Assembly (NCBI GenBank): GCA_964187785.1
Contig: OZ076413.1
Location: forward strand, 47,120,001 to 47,184,000
Reading direction: 5' to 3'
Length of the DNA: 64,000 nucleotides
From: Amphiscolops sp. MND2022
Lineage: Eukaryota
This document shows positions 11,421-26,100 of the stretch, piece after piece (within the stretch, counting starts at the first letter, position 1; each line of letters opens with the position of its first letter). Under the pieces are notes generated by a model. The model was given only the letters and a program-made list of their open reading frames with translations, did not search any database and was not told where the DNA came from. Made by a program: the position numbers and the translations under genes.

Positions 11421-14080
11421 TTCAATTATAACAAGTAGTCCTTATTCAGGTTCCTGAATCATTTCTTGTCAAGGTTTTGTTTTGTTGGTTGTTTCATTCT
11501 TAGTGGGTTTCTCGTTTTCGTTGCCCTTTCGTTAGTCTTTTCAAAAACTAAATGTATTTCAAAGACAGTGGAAATGAGTTAGTTACTGAAAAAATGTCTG
11601 ACTAATGCCGACGATACAGAAGTATGCCGCAGTGCATGGAAACTAGCATTTTCATTCAGCATTCAAAGACGTCGAGTTTAGCATTATTGTGATGAATTTC
11701 CATCATCCGATGATATCCTGCATAGATCATCTACTTGCGAGTTTCATCACTGAACGAAACTGTTTTCTCACCGAAATTATTTGGTTAATTTTCTGCAGTT
11801 TTGTCCCTACTGGAAGCGGAATTGATAATTAGACAATGGTTAGGTTTTAGGTACGTGCGTTGAGAAGGGAAGTGTAAGTGATCTTAGTTTTTTTCTGACT
11901 CAGTAGTCGAGTTCAGTGAAAGGTCACCTGCCCTTATCTTTATGTGTAGAAGATGCATTCTTTCCGAATTGAAAGGTTGTCCGGCACCCTTCCGACATCA
12001 TTTGTCTTTTTGCCGAGTCAAAAACTTGCGATTCATTTGTATCAAAGTTTTTCATCTGCGGTTTTTCACATATTTAGTGTGATTAAATTGCCTTCTCATG
12101 TTAACTGGGGATTCCTTTCAATCTAGTCCTGAAGTTGGGTGATGAAAGCTTGAAACTAATGCTTTTAAACTCAACTATTACATTTAGGTGTGTTTGTCAT
12201 TGTCAAGTTTGCTTTGAACTGTTTCAAAAAATGTCAGTGTTTTAAAACCTTGTAACACGATGAGATCAATTTTTACCTACTAAATTTTTGTTACAGTTCA
12301 TTCTCTCAATCAGGTGAGCTGGATTTCTTTTCAATAAACGACCGTGTTGACTCAGTAAAGTGTTGAGCCTTTGATTAGAGCCTCGGGAAAAAATCCAAAA
12401 ATTCTGTTTACCGAATTTGTAGCATAAGTTAGTGTTCATACGTTCAAAAATTGAATTATTTTTTAGAAATCTGCCCAGTATCGAAGAATTCACGTCTCTG
12501 AACTCCAAAAATAAAGTTCAGTGTTTTGAAGAATTAGTTGTGAATCGATTTTCTGCGAACGCTAATTTTCCTCTCAACCAACGTAGATTTTGTCAAAGGC
12601 TTGTTCGTTTTCTGTAGGTGTATTTCACTAGGCAGTTTCCGCCGAGTATTGGATATCGATTTTCATGTAGTGTAGTGGTTGAAGTGAGATTGAGTCCATG
12701 TCTTCTGTCATATGCTGTGGAATGTCATCATGTCAACTTTCTCAAGTTAAGCCCTTTCGGATTCGAGAGTGTCTTCCCGGTCACCTTCAGACCTCAAAAA
12801 GGCCTTTTTGCCGTGTCAATTCGTTTCAAGGAGCGATCTTGTTCTAAATCCAGTAAATCAGCTGTCACTCAGCCTTCAATATAGTGGATGCAAAAGTTTC
12901 GCTTCATTGAAGTATCAGAGCTGAAGGTGTAATGTTTGGATTTCAGCCTTAGGTTTAAGGTTGCTATTTTTGAATACAAACCTTTCAAAAACGAACTTTT
13001 TCGAAATCTGCGTAGAAGTGAAACGTCTATGCCACTGAACTTGAAAATTGAGTGCCGAAGAGTCAGTCGTGATTACTTTTCAGTGAACGCTCTCTTCCTA
13101 ACCAATATTTGATTTTGCGGACGCGTTTGCCGTTTTTTATTGCAGTTTTCAATGAGTCTTTTCCGTGAACATTTTCCTGTAGAGCATCAATTTAGGATGT
13201 ATTCCCTACAACAATTTCAGACATCCATCCTTTTGGGCATCGTTGATATTTATAAAAATGGTGTTCTGGTGATTTGGATTTGCCTGTCGTTACTTTTCTT
13301 GAAGTTAGATGCGCCACGACAGACAGCATTCAGTGATTGAGTCGTTTTGATCGAATTGTGCCTTCCCTTTTTGTTAACGGGTTATTCTCTTCAGCCTAGT
13401 CTTGAAGTTTGGTCGAAACTTCAAACTAATCCTTCTATGCTAACTTTGTCATTGCGAAGTTTTTGCCATGCACTGAAAGTTCATTTGGTTTTTACCTTTA
13501 TCTAGATGACTTTCGATATTCACTTTTGGTTTTTCCGAGCGTACTTCTTATGCCGCCATCAGAAACAGCAGCCTTGGATCTGATGAATCATGAAGAAAAG
13601 TGCGTATCTAAGGACACAAAAATCGCGTACTGAACTCGTTTTTCTCCGCTTTCGGTACTGATACGGAGGGAGTGATCTATGCACAAAGAAAACAAGATGG
13701 TCAATGCCCTAACTTCGAACAATTACCCTGTCGCCTGAATGTTATCCCGCAAGTCAAAATGCTTCTGGAACCTTCAAACACAGCTGATTCTGCCTCATTT
13801 TTGGGGGTGTCAGCTTCTGCGGTCAGGCCCAGTGAATTTGTAACGGGAGGATGCATTTTGTTTCTTTTCGTCAGAATCTATTTGTTTTTTGTTGTTTTAT
13901 TGAATTGAAATAAATTGTTTATGCTTTTTACCTTATTTATTCTGCCTCCGGTCTCAATACATTAAAGATCCGTTTTGTGGTGATATTTGCGCCGTAGTTT
14001 TCCTGCAATGCTTTATGCGGTTGGTTGACCAGTTTCGAGTTTACTGATTGAGTTTGCAGACTATCTTCATATTTTTTAAT

Positions 14081-14603
14081 ATTTCTGCTTTAGCAGGAAT
14101 ATTATTGAAATCCGAAAATGTCTACTTTTTTAAAGTACAATTTACGGGACGATATTGAATAATTCAGATAATTTGTTCGGCAGTGACTGTAAGCGTGGGA
14201 TTTAAATTTCTCAAGCTGCCGACGACAATTCAATTCTAGTGAGATGGAACGAGCGAGTGGTATTTTTCCATTCGTATGCTGACGTCCTTAAGATGAAGCG
14301 AGTGAATGTTCGTAACTGTGCTTTCGTTGCTCCGAGTTATTGAGATGAAGCGAATGAGTGTTAATTATTCGTTCACGGAGAGCTTCGCCTGCATTCAAAT
14401 GCGATTGCGAAACTTCGTCTACGCTTAGTAGTTATATTTTCTTCAGTCCGGGAAGAATTAAAGGCAGTGTAAACTTGTACAGTGATTAATTGTGCGCTAA
14501 ATAATGAATAAAAAAGAGTGTATTGGTATTCCAGATATGATTCTTTTATTAAAGAAAGAATAAAGCAGAAATAGTACTGAGCCCCGGAGAAGCCTAATTT
14601 AAT
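14081..14603 (+). mobile_element. ~523 bp HINE-like insertion in array unit (copy 1 of 3)
   Basis: Absent from 2.28 kb units, which read 'tttaat|cgaagtc'. 12 bp IR ATTTCTGCTTTA (14081) / TAAAGCAGAAAT (14561) is asymmetric, ~30 bp from the 3' end; flanked by TTTAAT on both sides; internal degenerate GAGATGAAGCGA repeats. Confidence 0.65.
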
Positions 14604-16874
14604 CAAAGTCATTATGGTAATTTTGCCGAAAACTGTCATGTTGCGTTTGATTTTTTTCCATGAATTTTTTTTGAAGATTTGCAATAATATCCTGTAAACA
14701 AAATTCTGGAGACGTTCACAATATACTGTCTCTTCTTCCTTGGAAATGGGTAAGCTGTTTTTCTGACACCGGGTGATCGTCTGTTGACGAGAAACGTGTC
14801 CGTTCGCTGTGAGAGCTTCTGATATGTGATGACTTTAATTCAACTTGCTGGCAGACCACATGTCTTTTTTCTAACGTTGAAATTTTGCTTCGAAGACTCA
14901 GGTCTTGCTCCGAGATTTTAACCTACAACCAAAAGATTTTCATCTGCGATTTTTTGCGAATTTAGTGTGATGAAATTGTTTTCTCATGTTAACTGGCGCT
15001 TCCTTCCAATCTAGTCATGAAGTTGTCTGATGAGAGCTTGAAACTAATGCTCTTATATCCAACTTAGTCATCGGGAGTTTTTGTCTCTGTCAAGTTTGCT
15101 GTGAACTGTTTTTCGAAAATTTCAATGGGTTTTCAGACCTTGTAACACGATCAAATTTTAGCTACTAAAGTAATGTTACGGCTCATTCTCTCAATAAGGT
15201 GAGCTGAATTTGTTTCCAATAAGCGACCGTGTTCACTTGGTAATTAAGCCTTTGCTTAGAAACTTTGCAAAAGTAAATCCAAAAGTTTTGTTTACCGAAT
15301 TGATTGCATAAATTAAAGTTGTGAATCGATTTTCTGCGAACGCGCATTTTCCTCTCAACCATCGTAGGTTTTGTCAATGGATTGTTCGTTTTTTGTAGGT
15401 GTATTTCACTAGGCAGTTTCCGCCGAGTATTGGATATCGATTTTCATGTAGTGTAGTGGTTGAAGTGAGATTGAGTCCATGTCTTCTGTCATATGCTGTG
15501 GAATGTCATCATGTCAACTTTCTCAAGTTAAGCCCTTTCGGATTCGAGAGTCTTCCCGGTCACCTTCAGACCTCAAAAAGGCCTTTTTGCCGTGTCAATT
15601 TGTTTCAAGGAGCGATCTTGTTCTAAATCCAGTAAATCAGCTGTCACTCAGCCTTCAATATAGTGGATGCAAAAGTTTCGCTTCATTTGAGTATCAGAGC
15701 TGAAGATGTACTGTTTGGATTTTTCTGCCTTAGGTTTTTAGGTTGCTATTTTTGAATGCAAACCTTTCAGGAACAAACTTCTTCGAAATCTGCATAGAAG
15801 TGAAACGTCTTTGCCACTGAACTTATAAATTGAGTCGTGAAGACTCAGTTGTGATTCGTTTTTCCTTGAACGCTTTCCTAACTAACGTTGATTTTGCGAC
15901 GGCTAATGCCATTTTTTATTTGAAGTTTTATTTTCATTTCCGTGAACTCCAAACTTTTTCATTTTGGACATCATTTTAGGGCGGTTTCCTGAAAACAATT
16001 TCCGGAAGACTCACATCATTTTGGACCTCGTTGATATTGATAAAAATGGTGTTCTTCTGTTTTAGATTGGCCTGTCGTTACTTTTCTTGAAGTTGGATGC
16101 GCCATGGCAGACATTCATGGCAGCATTCAGTGATTGAGTCGTTTTGGTCGAATTGTGCCTTCCCTGTTTGTTAAGGGGTTTTTCTCTTCAGCCTAGTCTT
16201 GAAGTTTGGTCGAAGCTTCAAACTAATCCCTCTATGCTAACTTTGTCATTGCGACGTTCTTGCCATGCACTGAAGTTTCATTTGGTTTTTACCTTTTAAC
16301 TAGATGACTTTCGATATTCACTTCTTTTTCGAGCGTACTTCTGATGCCGTCATCAGAAACAGCAGCCTTGGATCTGATGAATCATGAAGAAAAGTGCGTA
16401 TCTAAGGACACAAAAATCGCGTACTGAAATCGTTTTTCTCCGCTTTCGGTACTGATACGGAGGGAGTGATCTATGCACAAAGAAAACAAGATGATCAATG
16501 CCCTAACTTCGAACAATTACCCTGTCGCCTGATTGTTATCCCGCAGGTCGAAATGCTTCTGGAACCTTCAAACACAGCTGATTCTGCCTCATTTTTGGGG
16601 GTGTCAGCTTCTGCGGTCAGGCCCAGTGAATTTGTAACGGGAGGATGCATTTTGTTTCTTTTCGTCAGAATTTATTTGTTTTTTGTTGTTTTATTGAATT
16701 GAAATAAATTGTTTATGCTTTTTACCTTATTTATTCTGCCTCCGGTCTCAATACATTAAAGATCCGTTTTGTGGTGATATTTGCGCCGTAGTTTTCCTGC
16801 AATGCTTTATGCGGTTGGTTGACCAGTTTCGAGTTTACTGATTGAGTTTGCAGACTATCTTCATAATTTTTAAT

Positions 16875-17398
16875 ATTTCTGCTTTAGCAGGAATATTATT
16901 GAAATCCGAAAATGTCTACTTTTTTTAAAGTACAATTTACGGGACGATATTGAATAATTCAGATAATTTGTTCGGCAGTGACTGTAAGCGTGGGAATTAA
17001 ATTTCTCAAGCTGCCGACGACAATTCAATTCTAGTGAGATGGAACGAGCGAGTGGTTTTTTTCCATTCGTATGCTGACGTCCTTAAGATGAAGCGAGTGA
17101 ATGTTCGTAACTGTGCTTTCGTTGCTCCGAGTTTTTGAGATGAAGCGAATGAGTGTTAATTATTCGTTCACGGAGAGCTTCGCCTGCATTCAAATGCGAT
17201 TGCGAAACTTCGTCTACGCTTAGTAGTTATATTTTCTTCAGTCCGGGAAGAATTAAAGGCAGTGTAAACTTGTACAGTGATTAATTGTGCGCTAAATAAT
17301 GAATAAAAAAGAGTGTATTGGTATTCCAGATATGATTCTTTTATTAAAGAAAGAATAAAGCAGAAATAGTACTGAGCCCCGGAGAAGCCTAATTTAAT
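16875..17398 (+). mobile_element. ~523 bp HINE-like insertion (copy 2 of 3)
   Basis: Near-identical to 14081-14603 at the same position in the unit. Confidence 0.65.
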
Positions 17399-19669
17399 CA
17401 AAGTCATTATGGTAATTTTGCCGAAAACTGTCATGTTGCGTTTGATTTTTTTCCATGAATTTTTTTTGAAGATTTGCAATAATATCCTGTAAACAAAATT
17501 CTGGAGACGTTCACAATATACTGTCTCTTCTTCCTTGGAAATGGGTAAGCTGTTTTTCTGACACCGGGTGATCGTCTGTTGACGAGAAACGTGTCCGTTC
17601 GCTGTGAGAGCTTCTGATATGTGATGACTTTAATTCAACTTGCTGGCAGACCACATGTCTTTTTTCTAACGTTGAAATTTTGCTTCGAAGACTCAGGTCT
17701 TGCTCCGAGATTTTAACCTACAACCAAAAGATTTTCATCTGCGATTTTTTGCGAATTTAGTGTGATGAAATTGTTTTCTCATGTTAACTGGCGCTTCCTT
17801 CCAATCTAGTCATGAAGTTGTCTGATGAGAGCTTGAAACTAATGCTCTTATATCCAACTTAGTCATCGGGAGTTTTTGTCTCTGTCAAGTTTGCTGTGAA
17901 CTGTTTTTCGAAAATTTCAATGGGTTTTCAGACCTTGTAACACGATCAAATTTTAGCTACTAAAGTAATGTTACGGCTCATTCTCTCAATAAGGTGAGCT
18001 GAATTTGTTTCCAATAAGCGACCGTGTTCACTTGGTAATTAAGCCTTTGCTTAGAAACTTTGCAAAAGTAAATCCAAAAGTTTTGTTTACCGAATTGATT
18101 GCATAAATTAAAGTTGTGAATCGATTTTCTGCGAACGCGCATTTTCCTCTCAACCATCGTAGGTTTTGTCAATGGATTGTTCGTTTTTTGTAGGTGTATT
18201 TCACTAGGCAGTTTCCGCCGAGTATTGGATATCGATTTTCATGTAGTGTAGTGGTTGAAGTGAGATTGAGTCCATGTCTTCTGTCATATGCTGTGGAATG
18301 TCATCATGTCAACTTTCTCAAGTTAAGCCCTTTCGGATTCGAGAGTCTTCCCGGTCACCTTCAGACCTCAAAAAGGCCTTTTTGCCGTGTCAATTTGTTT
18401 CAAGGAGCGATCTTGTTCTAAATCCAGTAAATCAGCTGTCACTCAGCCTTCAATATAGTGGATGCAAAAGTTTCGCTTCATTTGAGTATCAGAGCTGAAG
18501 ATGTACTGTTTGGATTTTTCTGCCTTAGGTTTTTAGGTTGCTATTTTTGAATGCAAACCTTTCAGGAACAAACTTCTTCGAAATCTGCATAGAAGTGAAA
18601 CGTCTTTGCCACTGAACTTATAAATTGAGTCGTGAAGACTCAGTTGTGATTCGTTTTTCCTTGAACGCTTTCCTAACTAACGTTGATTTTGCGACGGCTA
18701 ATGCCATTTTTTATTTGAAGTTTTATTTTCATTTCCGTGAACTCCAAACTTTTTCATTTTGGACATCATTTTAGGGCGGTTTCCTGAAAACAATTTCCGG
18801 AAGACTCACATCATTTTGGACCTCGTTGATATTGATAAAAATGGTGTTCTTCTGTTTTAGATTGGCCTGTCGTTACTTTTCTTGAAGTTGGATGCGCCAT
18901 GGCAGACATTCATGGCAGCATTCAGTGATTGAGTCGTTTTGGTCGAATTGTGCCTTCCCTGTTTGTTAAGGGGTTTTTCTCTTCAGCCTAGTCTTGAAGT
19001 TTGGTCGAAGCTTCAAACTAATCCCTCTATGCTAACTTTGTCATTGCGACGTTCTTGCCATGCACTGAAGTTTCATTTGGTTTTTACCTTTTAACTAGAT
19101 GACTTTCGATATTCACTTCTTTTTCGAGCGTACTTCTGATGCCGTCATCAGAAACAGCAGCCTTGGATCTGATGAATCATGAAGAAAAGTGCGTATCTAA
19201 GGACACAAAAATCGCGTACTGAAATCGTTTTTCTCCGCTTTCGGTACTGATACGGAGGGAGTGATCTATGCACAAAGAAAACAAGATGATCAATGCCCTA
19301 ACTTCGAACAATTACCCTGTCGCCTGATTGTTATCCCGCAGGTCGAAATGCTTCTGGAACCTTCAAACACAGCTGATTCTGCCTCATTTTTGGGGGTGTC
19401 AGCTTCTGCGGTCAGGCCCAGTGAATTTGTAACGGGAGGATGCATTTTGTTTCTTTTCGTCAGAATTTATTTGTTTTTTGTTGTTTTATTGAATTGAAAT
19501 AAATTGTTTATGCTTTTTACCTTATTTATTCTGCCTCCGGTCTCAATACATTAAAGATCCGTTTTGTGGTGATATTTGCGCCGTAGTTTTCCTGCAATGC
19601 TTTATGCGGTTGGTTGACCAGTTTCGAGTTTACTGATTGAGTTTGCAGACTATCTTCATAATTTTTAAT

Positions 19670-20193
19670 ATTTCTGCTTTAGCAGGAATATTATTGAAAT
19701 CCGAAAATGTCTACTTTTTTTAAAGTACAATTTACGGGACGATATTGAATAATTCAGATAATTTGTTCGGCAGTGACTGTAAGCGTGGGAATTAAATTTC
19801 TCAAGCTGCCGACGACAATTCAATTCTAGTGAGATGGAACGAGCGAGTGGTTTTTTTCCATTCGTATGCTGACGTCCTTAAGATGAAGCGAGTGAATGTT
19901 CGTAACTGTGCTTTCGTTGCTCCGAGTTTTTGAGATGAAGCGAATGAGTGTTAATTATTCGTTCACGGAGAGCTTCGCCTGCATTCAAATGCGATTGCGA
20001 AACTTCGTCTACGCTTAGTAGTTATATTTTCTTGAGTCCGGGAAGAATTAAAGGCAGTGTAAACTTGTACAGTGATTAATTGTGCGCTAAATAATGAATA
20101 AACAAGAGTGTATTGGTATTCCAGATATGATTCTTTTATTAAAGAAAGATTAAAGCAGAAATAGTACTGAGCCCCGGAGAAGCCTAATTTAAT
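19670..20193 (+). mobile_element. ~523 bp HINE-like insertion (copy 3 of 3)
   Basis: Near-identical to 14081-14603 at the same position in the unit. Confidence 0.65.
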
Positions 20194-23100
20194 CAAAGTC
20201 ATTATGGTAATTTTGCCGAAAACTGTCATGTTGCGTTTGATTTTTTTCCATGAATTTTTTTTGAAGATTTGCAATAATATCCTTTAAACAAAATTCTGGA
20301 GACGTTCACAATAGACTGTCTCTTCTTCCTTGGAAATAGGTAAGCTGTTTTTCTGACACCGGGTGATCGTCTGTTGACGAGAAACGTGTCCGTTCGCTGT
20401 GAGAGCTTCTGATATGTGATGACTTTAATTCAACTTGCTGCCAGACCACATGTCTTTTTTCTAACGTTGAAATTTTGCTTCGAAGACTCAGGTCTTGCTC
20501 CAAGATTTTAACCTACAACCAAAAGATTTTCATCTGCGATTTTTTGCGAATTTAGTGTGATGAAATTGTTTTCTCATGTTAACTGGCGCTTCCTTCCAAT
20601 CTAGTCCTGAAGTTGTCTGATGAGAGCTTGAAACTAATGCTCTTATACCCAACTTAGTCATCGGGAGTTTTTGTCTGTCAAGTTTGCTGTGAACTGTTTT
20701 TCGAAAATTTCATTGGGTTTTCAAACCTTGTAACACGATCAAATTTTAGCTACTAAAGTAATGTTACGGCTCATTCTCTCAATAAGGTGAGCTGAATTTG
20801 TTTCCAATAAGCGACCGTGTTCACTTGGTAATTAAGCCTTTGCTTAGAAACTTTGCAAAAGTAAATCCAAAAGTTTTGTTTACCGAATTGATTGCATAAA
20901 TTAAAGTTGTGAATCGATTTTCTGCGAACGCGCATTTTCCTCTCAACCATCGTAGGTTTTGTCAATGGATTGTTCGTTTTTTGTAGGTGTATTTCACTAG
21001 GCAGTTTCCGCCGAGTATTGGATATCGATTTTCATGTAGTGTAGTGGTTGAAGTGAGATTGAGTCCATGTCTTCTGTCATATGCTGTGGAATGTCATCAT
21101 GTCAACTTTCTCAAGTTAAGCCCTTTCGGATTCGAGAGTGTCTTCCCGGTCACCTTCAGATCTCAAAAAGGCCTTTTTGCCGTGTCAATTTGTTTCAAGG
21201 AGCGATCTTGTTCTAAATCCAGTAAATCAGCTGTCACTCAGCCTTCAATATAGTGGATGCAAAAGTTTCGCTTCATTTGAGTATCAGAGCTGAAGATGTA
21301 CTGTTTGGATTTTTCTGCCTTAGGTTTTTAGGTTGCTATTTTTGAATGCAAACCTTTCAGGAACAAACTTCTTCGAAATCTGCATAGAAGTGAAACGTCT
21401 TTGCCACTGAACTTATAAATTGAGTCGTGAAGACTCAGTTGTGATTCGTTTTTCCTTGAACGCTTTCCTAACTAACGTTGATTTTGCGACGGCTAATGCC
21501 ATTTTTTATTTGAAGTTTTATTTTCATTTCCGTGAACTCCAAACTTTTTCATTTTGGACATCATTTTAGGGCGGTTTCCTGAAAACAATTTCCGGAAGAC
21601 TCACATCATTTTGGACCTCGTTGATATTGATAAAAATGGTGTTCTTCTGTTTTAGATTGGTCTGTCGTTACTTTTCTTGAAGTTGGATGCGCCATGGCAG
21701 ACATTCATGGCAGCATTCTGTGATTGAGTCGTTTTGGTCGAATTGTGCCTTCCCTGTTTGTTAAGGGGTTTTTCTCTTCAGCCTAGTCTTGAAGTTTGGT
21801 CGAAGCTTCAAACTAATCCCTCTATGCTAACTTTGTCATTGCGACGTTCTTGCCATGCACTGAAGTTTCATTTGGTTTTTACCTTTTAACTAGATGACTT
21901 TCGATATTCACTTCTTTTTCGAGCGTACTTCTGATGCCGCCATCAGAAACAGCAGCTTTGGATCTGATGAATCATGAAGAGAAATGCGTATCTAAGGACA
22001 CAAAAATCGCGTACTGAACTAGTTTTTCTCCGCTTTTGGTACTGATACGGAGGGAGTGAACTATGCACAAGAAACAAGATGATCAATGCTCTAACTTTGA
22101 ACAATTTCCCTCTCGCCTGAATGTTATCCCGCCAGTCAAAATGCTTCTGGAACCTTCAAACACAGCTGATTCTGGCTGATTGTCGGGTATCAGTTCCTGT
22201 GGTCAAGCCCAGTGAATTTGTAACGGGAGGATGCACTTTGTTTCATTTCGTCAGAATTTGTTTTTGTTGTTTCATTGAAATAAATTGTTCATGCTTTTTA
22301 CCTTATTTGTTTTGCTTCCGGTCTCAATACATTAAAGATCCGTTTTGTGGAGATGTTGCGCCTTAGTTTTCCTGCAATGCTCTATGCGGTTGTTAGGTTG
22401 ACCAGTTTCGAATTTACTGATTGAGTTTGCAGACTGTTTTCATCTATTTTAATTGAAGTCATTACGCTAATTTTGCCGGAAACTATCATGTTGCGTTTGA
22501 TTTTTTTCCATGAATTTCTTGAAGATTTGCAATATTATCCTGCAAACAAATTCTGGAAACGTTCACGATAGACTGTCTCTTCTTTCGTGGAAATATGTAA
22601 GCTGTTTGTCTGGCACCAGGTGATCGTCTGATGACGAGAAACGTGTCCGTTCGCTGTGAGAGCTTCTGAGAATGTGATGACTTCAATTCAACTTGCTGGT
22701 ATCTTTCGTTTTTTTTCGAAGTCTTTTTTTTAACGATGAAGTTTTGCTCCGAAGACTCATGACTGGCTCCAAGATTTCAACCAACAACCAAAAGATTTTC
22801 GTCTGCGATTGTTTTGCGAATTTAGTGTGATGAAGTTGTTTTCTCATGTTAACTGGCGCTTCCTTCCAATCTAGTCCTGAAGTTGTCTGATGAGAGCTCG
22901 AAACTACTGCTCTTATACCCAACTTAGTCATCGGGAGTGTTTGTCTCTGTCATGTTTGCTGTGAACTGTTTTTCAAAAATTTCATTGGGTTTTCAAACCT
23001 TGTAACACGGTGAAATCAATTTTTAGCTTCTAAAGTAATGCAGCTAATTCTCTCAATTAGGTGAGCAGACTTTGTTTTCAATAAGCAACCGTGTTGACTT

Positions 23101-26100
23101 GGTAATTAAGCCTTTGCTTAGAAACTTTGCGAAAGTAAATCCAAAAGTTTTGTTTACCGAATTCGTAGCATAAATTAAAGTTGTGAATCGATTTTCTGCG
23201 AACGCGCATTTTCCTCTCAACCATTGTAGATTTTGTCAATGGATTGTTCGTTTTTTGTAGGTGTGTTTCACTAGGCAGTTTTGCCGAGAATTGGATATCG
23301 ATTTTCATGTAGTGGTTGAAGTGAGAGATTGAGTCCATGTCTTTTGTCACATAAGCTGTGGAATTTCGTCATGGCAACTCTCTCAAGTTAAACCCTTTCG
23401 GATTCGAGAGCGTCTGCCTGGTCACCTTCAGACCTCAAAAGAGGCCCTTTTGCCGTGTCAATTCGTTTCAAGCAGCGATCTTGTTCTAAGTCCAGTAAAT
23501 CAGCTGTCACTCAGCCTTCAATATAGTGGATGCAAAAGTTTCGCTTCATTTGAGTATCAGAGCTGAAGATGTACTGTTTGGATTTTTCTGCCTGAGGTTT
23601 TTAGGTTGCTATTTTTGAATGCAAACCTTTCAGGAACAAAATTCTTCGAAATGTGTATAGAAGTGAAACGTCTATGCCACTGAACTTAAAAATTGAGTCG
23701 TGAAGAATAAGTTGTGATTCGTTTCTCAATGAACGCTTTTTCCTGACTAACGTTGATTTGCTGACAGCTAATGCCATTTTTTATTTGAAGTTTTCCATGA
23801 GTCCATTTCCGTAAACTCCAAACTTTTTCATTTCGGACATCATTTAAGCGCGGTTACCTGAAAGTTTCCTGAAGACACCCATCATTTTGGACCTCCTTCA
23901 TATTGATAAAAATGGTGTTTTTCTGACTCAGATTTGCCTGTCGTTACTTTTCTTGAAGTTAGATGCGCCATGGCAGACAGCATTCAGTGAGTGTCGTTTT
24001 GATCGAATTGTGCCATCCCTGTTTAAGGGGGTTTCTCTTCAGACTAGTCTTGAGGTTTGGTCGAAGCTTCAAACTAATCCCTCTATGCTAACTTTGTCAT
24101 TTCGTCGTTCTTGCCTTGCACTGAAAGTTCATTTGGGTTTTACCTTTTAACTAGATGACTTTCGATATTCAATTTTGGTTTTTTCCGAGCGTACTTTTGA
24201 TGCCGCCATCAGAAACAGCAGCTGTGGATCTAATGAAGCATGAAGAAAATCGCGTATCTAAGGACACAAAAATCGCGTACTGAACTCGTTTTTCTCCGCT
24301 TTCGGTACTGATACGGAGGGAGTGAACTATGCACAAAAAACAAGATGATCAATGCCTTAATTTCGAACAATTACCCTCTCACCTGAATGATATCTCTCCA
24401 CAGTCAAAATGCTTCTGGAACCTTCAAAGACAACTGATTTTTCCTCATTTTTGGGGTATCAGCTTCTGCGGTCAAGCCCAGTGAATTTGTAACGGGAGGA
24501 TGCACGTTGTTTCTTTTTGTCAGATTTTGTGATTTGTTTTTTTTGTTGTTTCATTGAAATAAATTGTTTATGCTTTTCACCTTATTTGTTTTCCCTCCGG
24601 TCTCAATATATTAAAGATCCGTTTTGTGGAGATATTTGCGCCGTAGATTTCCTGCAATGCTTTATGCGGTTGTTATGTTGACCAGTTTCGAATTTACTGG
24701 TTGAGTTTGCAGACTATTTTCATCTATTTTAATCGAAGTCATTACGCTAATTTTGCCGGAAACTATCATGTTGCGCTTGATTTTTTTCCATGATCTTTTT
24801 TCTAAAGATTTGAAATATTATCCTCTAAACGAAATTCTGGAGACATTCACGATAAACTGTCTCTTCTTCCTTGGAAACAGGTAAGCTGTTTTCTGGCACC
24901 AGGTGATCGTGTGTTGACGAGAAACGTGTCCGTTCGCTGTGAGAGCTTCTGAGAAAGTGATGACTTTAATTCAACTTGCTGGTATTTTTTTCGAAGCGTA
25001 GATTGCGTCTTTTTTCTCTAACGACGAAGTTTTGCTCTGAAGACTCATGACTTGCTCCAAGATTTTAACCTACAACCAAAAAATTTTCGTCTGCGATTTT
25101 TTTTGTATTTAGTGTGATGAAGTTGTTTTCACATGTTAACTGGCGATTTCTTCCAATCTAGTCCTGAAGTTGTCTGATGAGAGCTCGAAGCTAATGCTGT
25201 TATACCCAACTTAGTCATCGGGAGTGTTTGTCTCTGTCAAGTTTGCTGTGAACTGTTTTCCAAAAATTTCATTGGGTTTTCAAACCTTGTAACACGATGA
25301 TCAATTTTTAGCTTCTAAAGTAATGCAGCTAATTCTCTCAATTAGGTGAGCAGAATTTGTTTTCAATAAGCGACCGTGTTGACTTGGTAATTAAGCCTTT
25401 GCTTAGAAACTTTGCAAAAGTAAATCCAAAAGTTTTGTTTACCGATTTCGTAGCATAAATTAAAGTTGTGAATCGATTTTCTGCCAACGCGCATTTTCCT
25501 CTCTACCATTGTAGATTTTGTCAATGGATTGTTCGTTTTTTGTAGGTGTGTTTCACTAGGCAGTTTTGCCGAGAATTGGATATCGATTTACATGTAGTGG
25601 TTGAAGTGAGAGATTGAGTCCATGTCTTTTGTCACATATGCTGTGGAATGTCGTCATGGCAACTTTCTCAAGTTAAACCCTTTCGGATTCGAGAGTGTCT
25701 GCCTGGTCACCTTCAGACCTCAAAAGAGGCCCTTTTGCCGTGTCAATTCGTTTCAAGCAGCGATCTTGTTCTAAATCCAGTAAATCAGCTGTCACTCAGC
25801 CTTCAATATAGTGGATGAAAAGTATCGCTTCATTTGAGTATGAGAGCTGAAGATGTACTGTTTGGATTTTTCTGCCTGAGGTTTTTAGGTTGCTATTTTT
25901 GAATGCAAACCTTTCAGGAACAAAATTCTTCGAAATGTGCATTGAAGTGAAACGTCTATGCCACTGAACTTAAAAATTGAGTCGTGAAAAATCAGTTGTG
26001 ATTCGTTTCTCATTGAACGCTTTTTCCTGACTAACGTTGATTTGCTGACAGCTAATGCCATTTTTTATTTGAAGTTTTCCATGAGTCCATTTCCGTAAAC

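Noticed and set aside
9700-12040. 3' LTR or pol (RT/RH/IN) of the BEL element left of the array
   Set aside because: No by-eye match to 52609-52830 and no BEL RT motifs (e.g. YLPHH, VFDAS, DI.KMF) were recognised; highly decayed remnants cannot be excluded.
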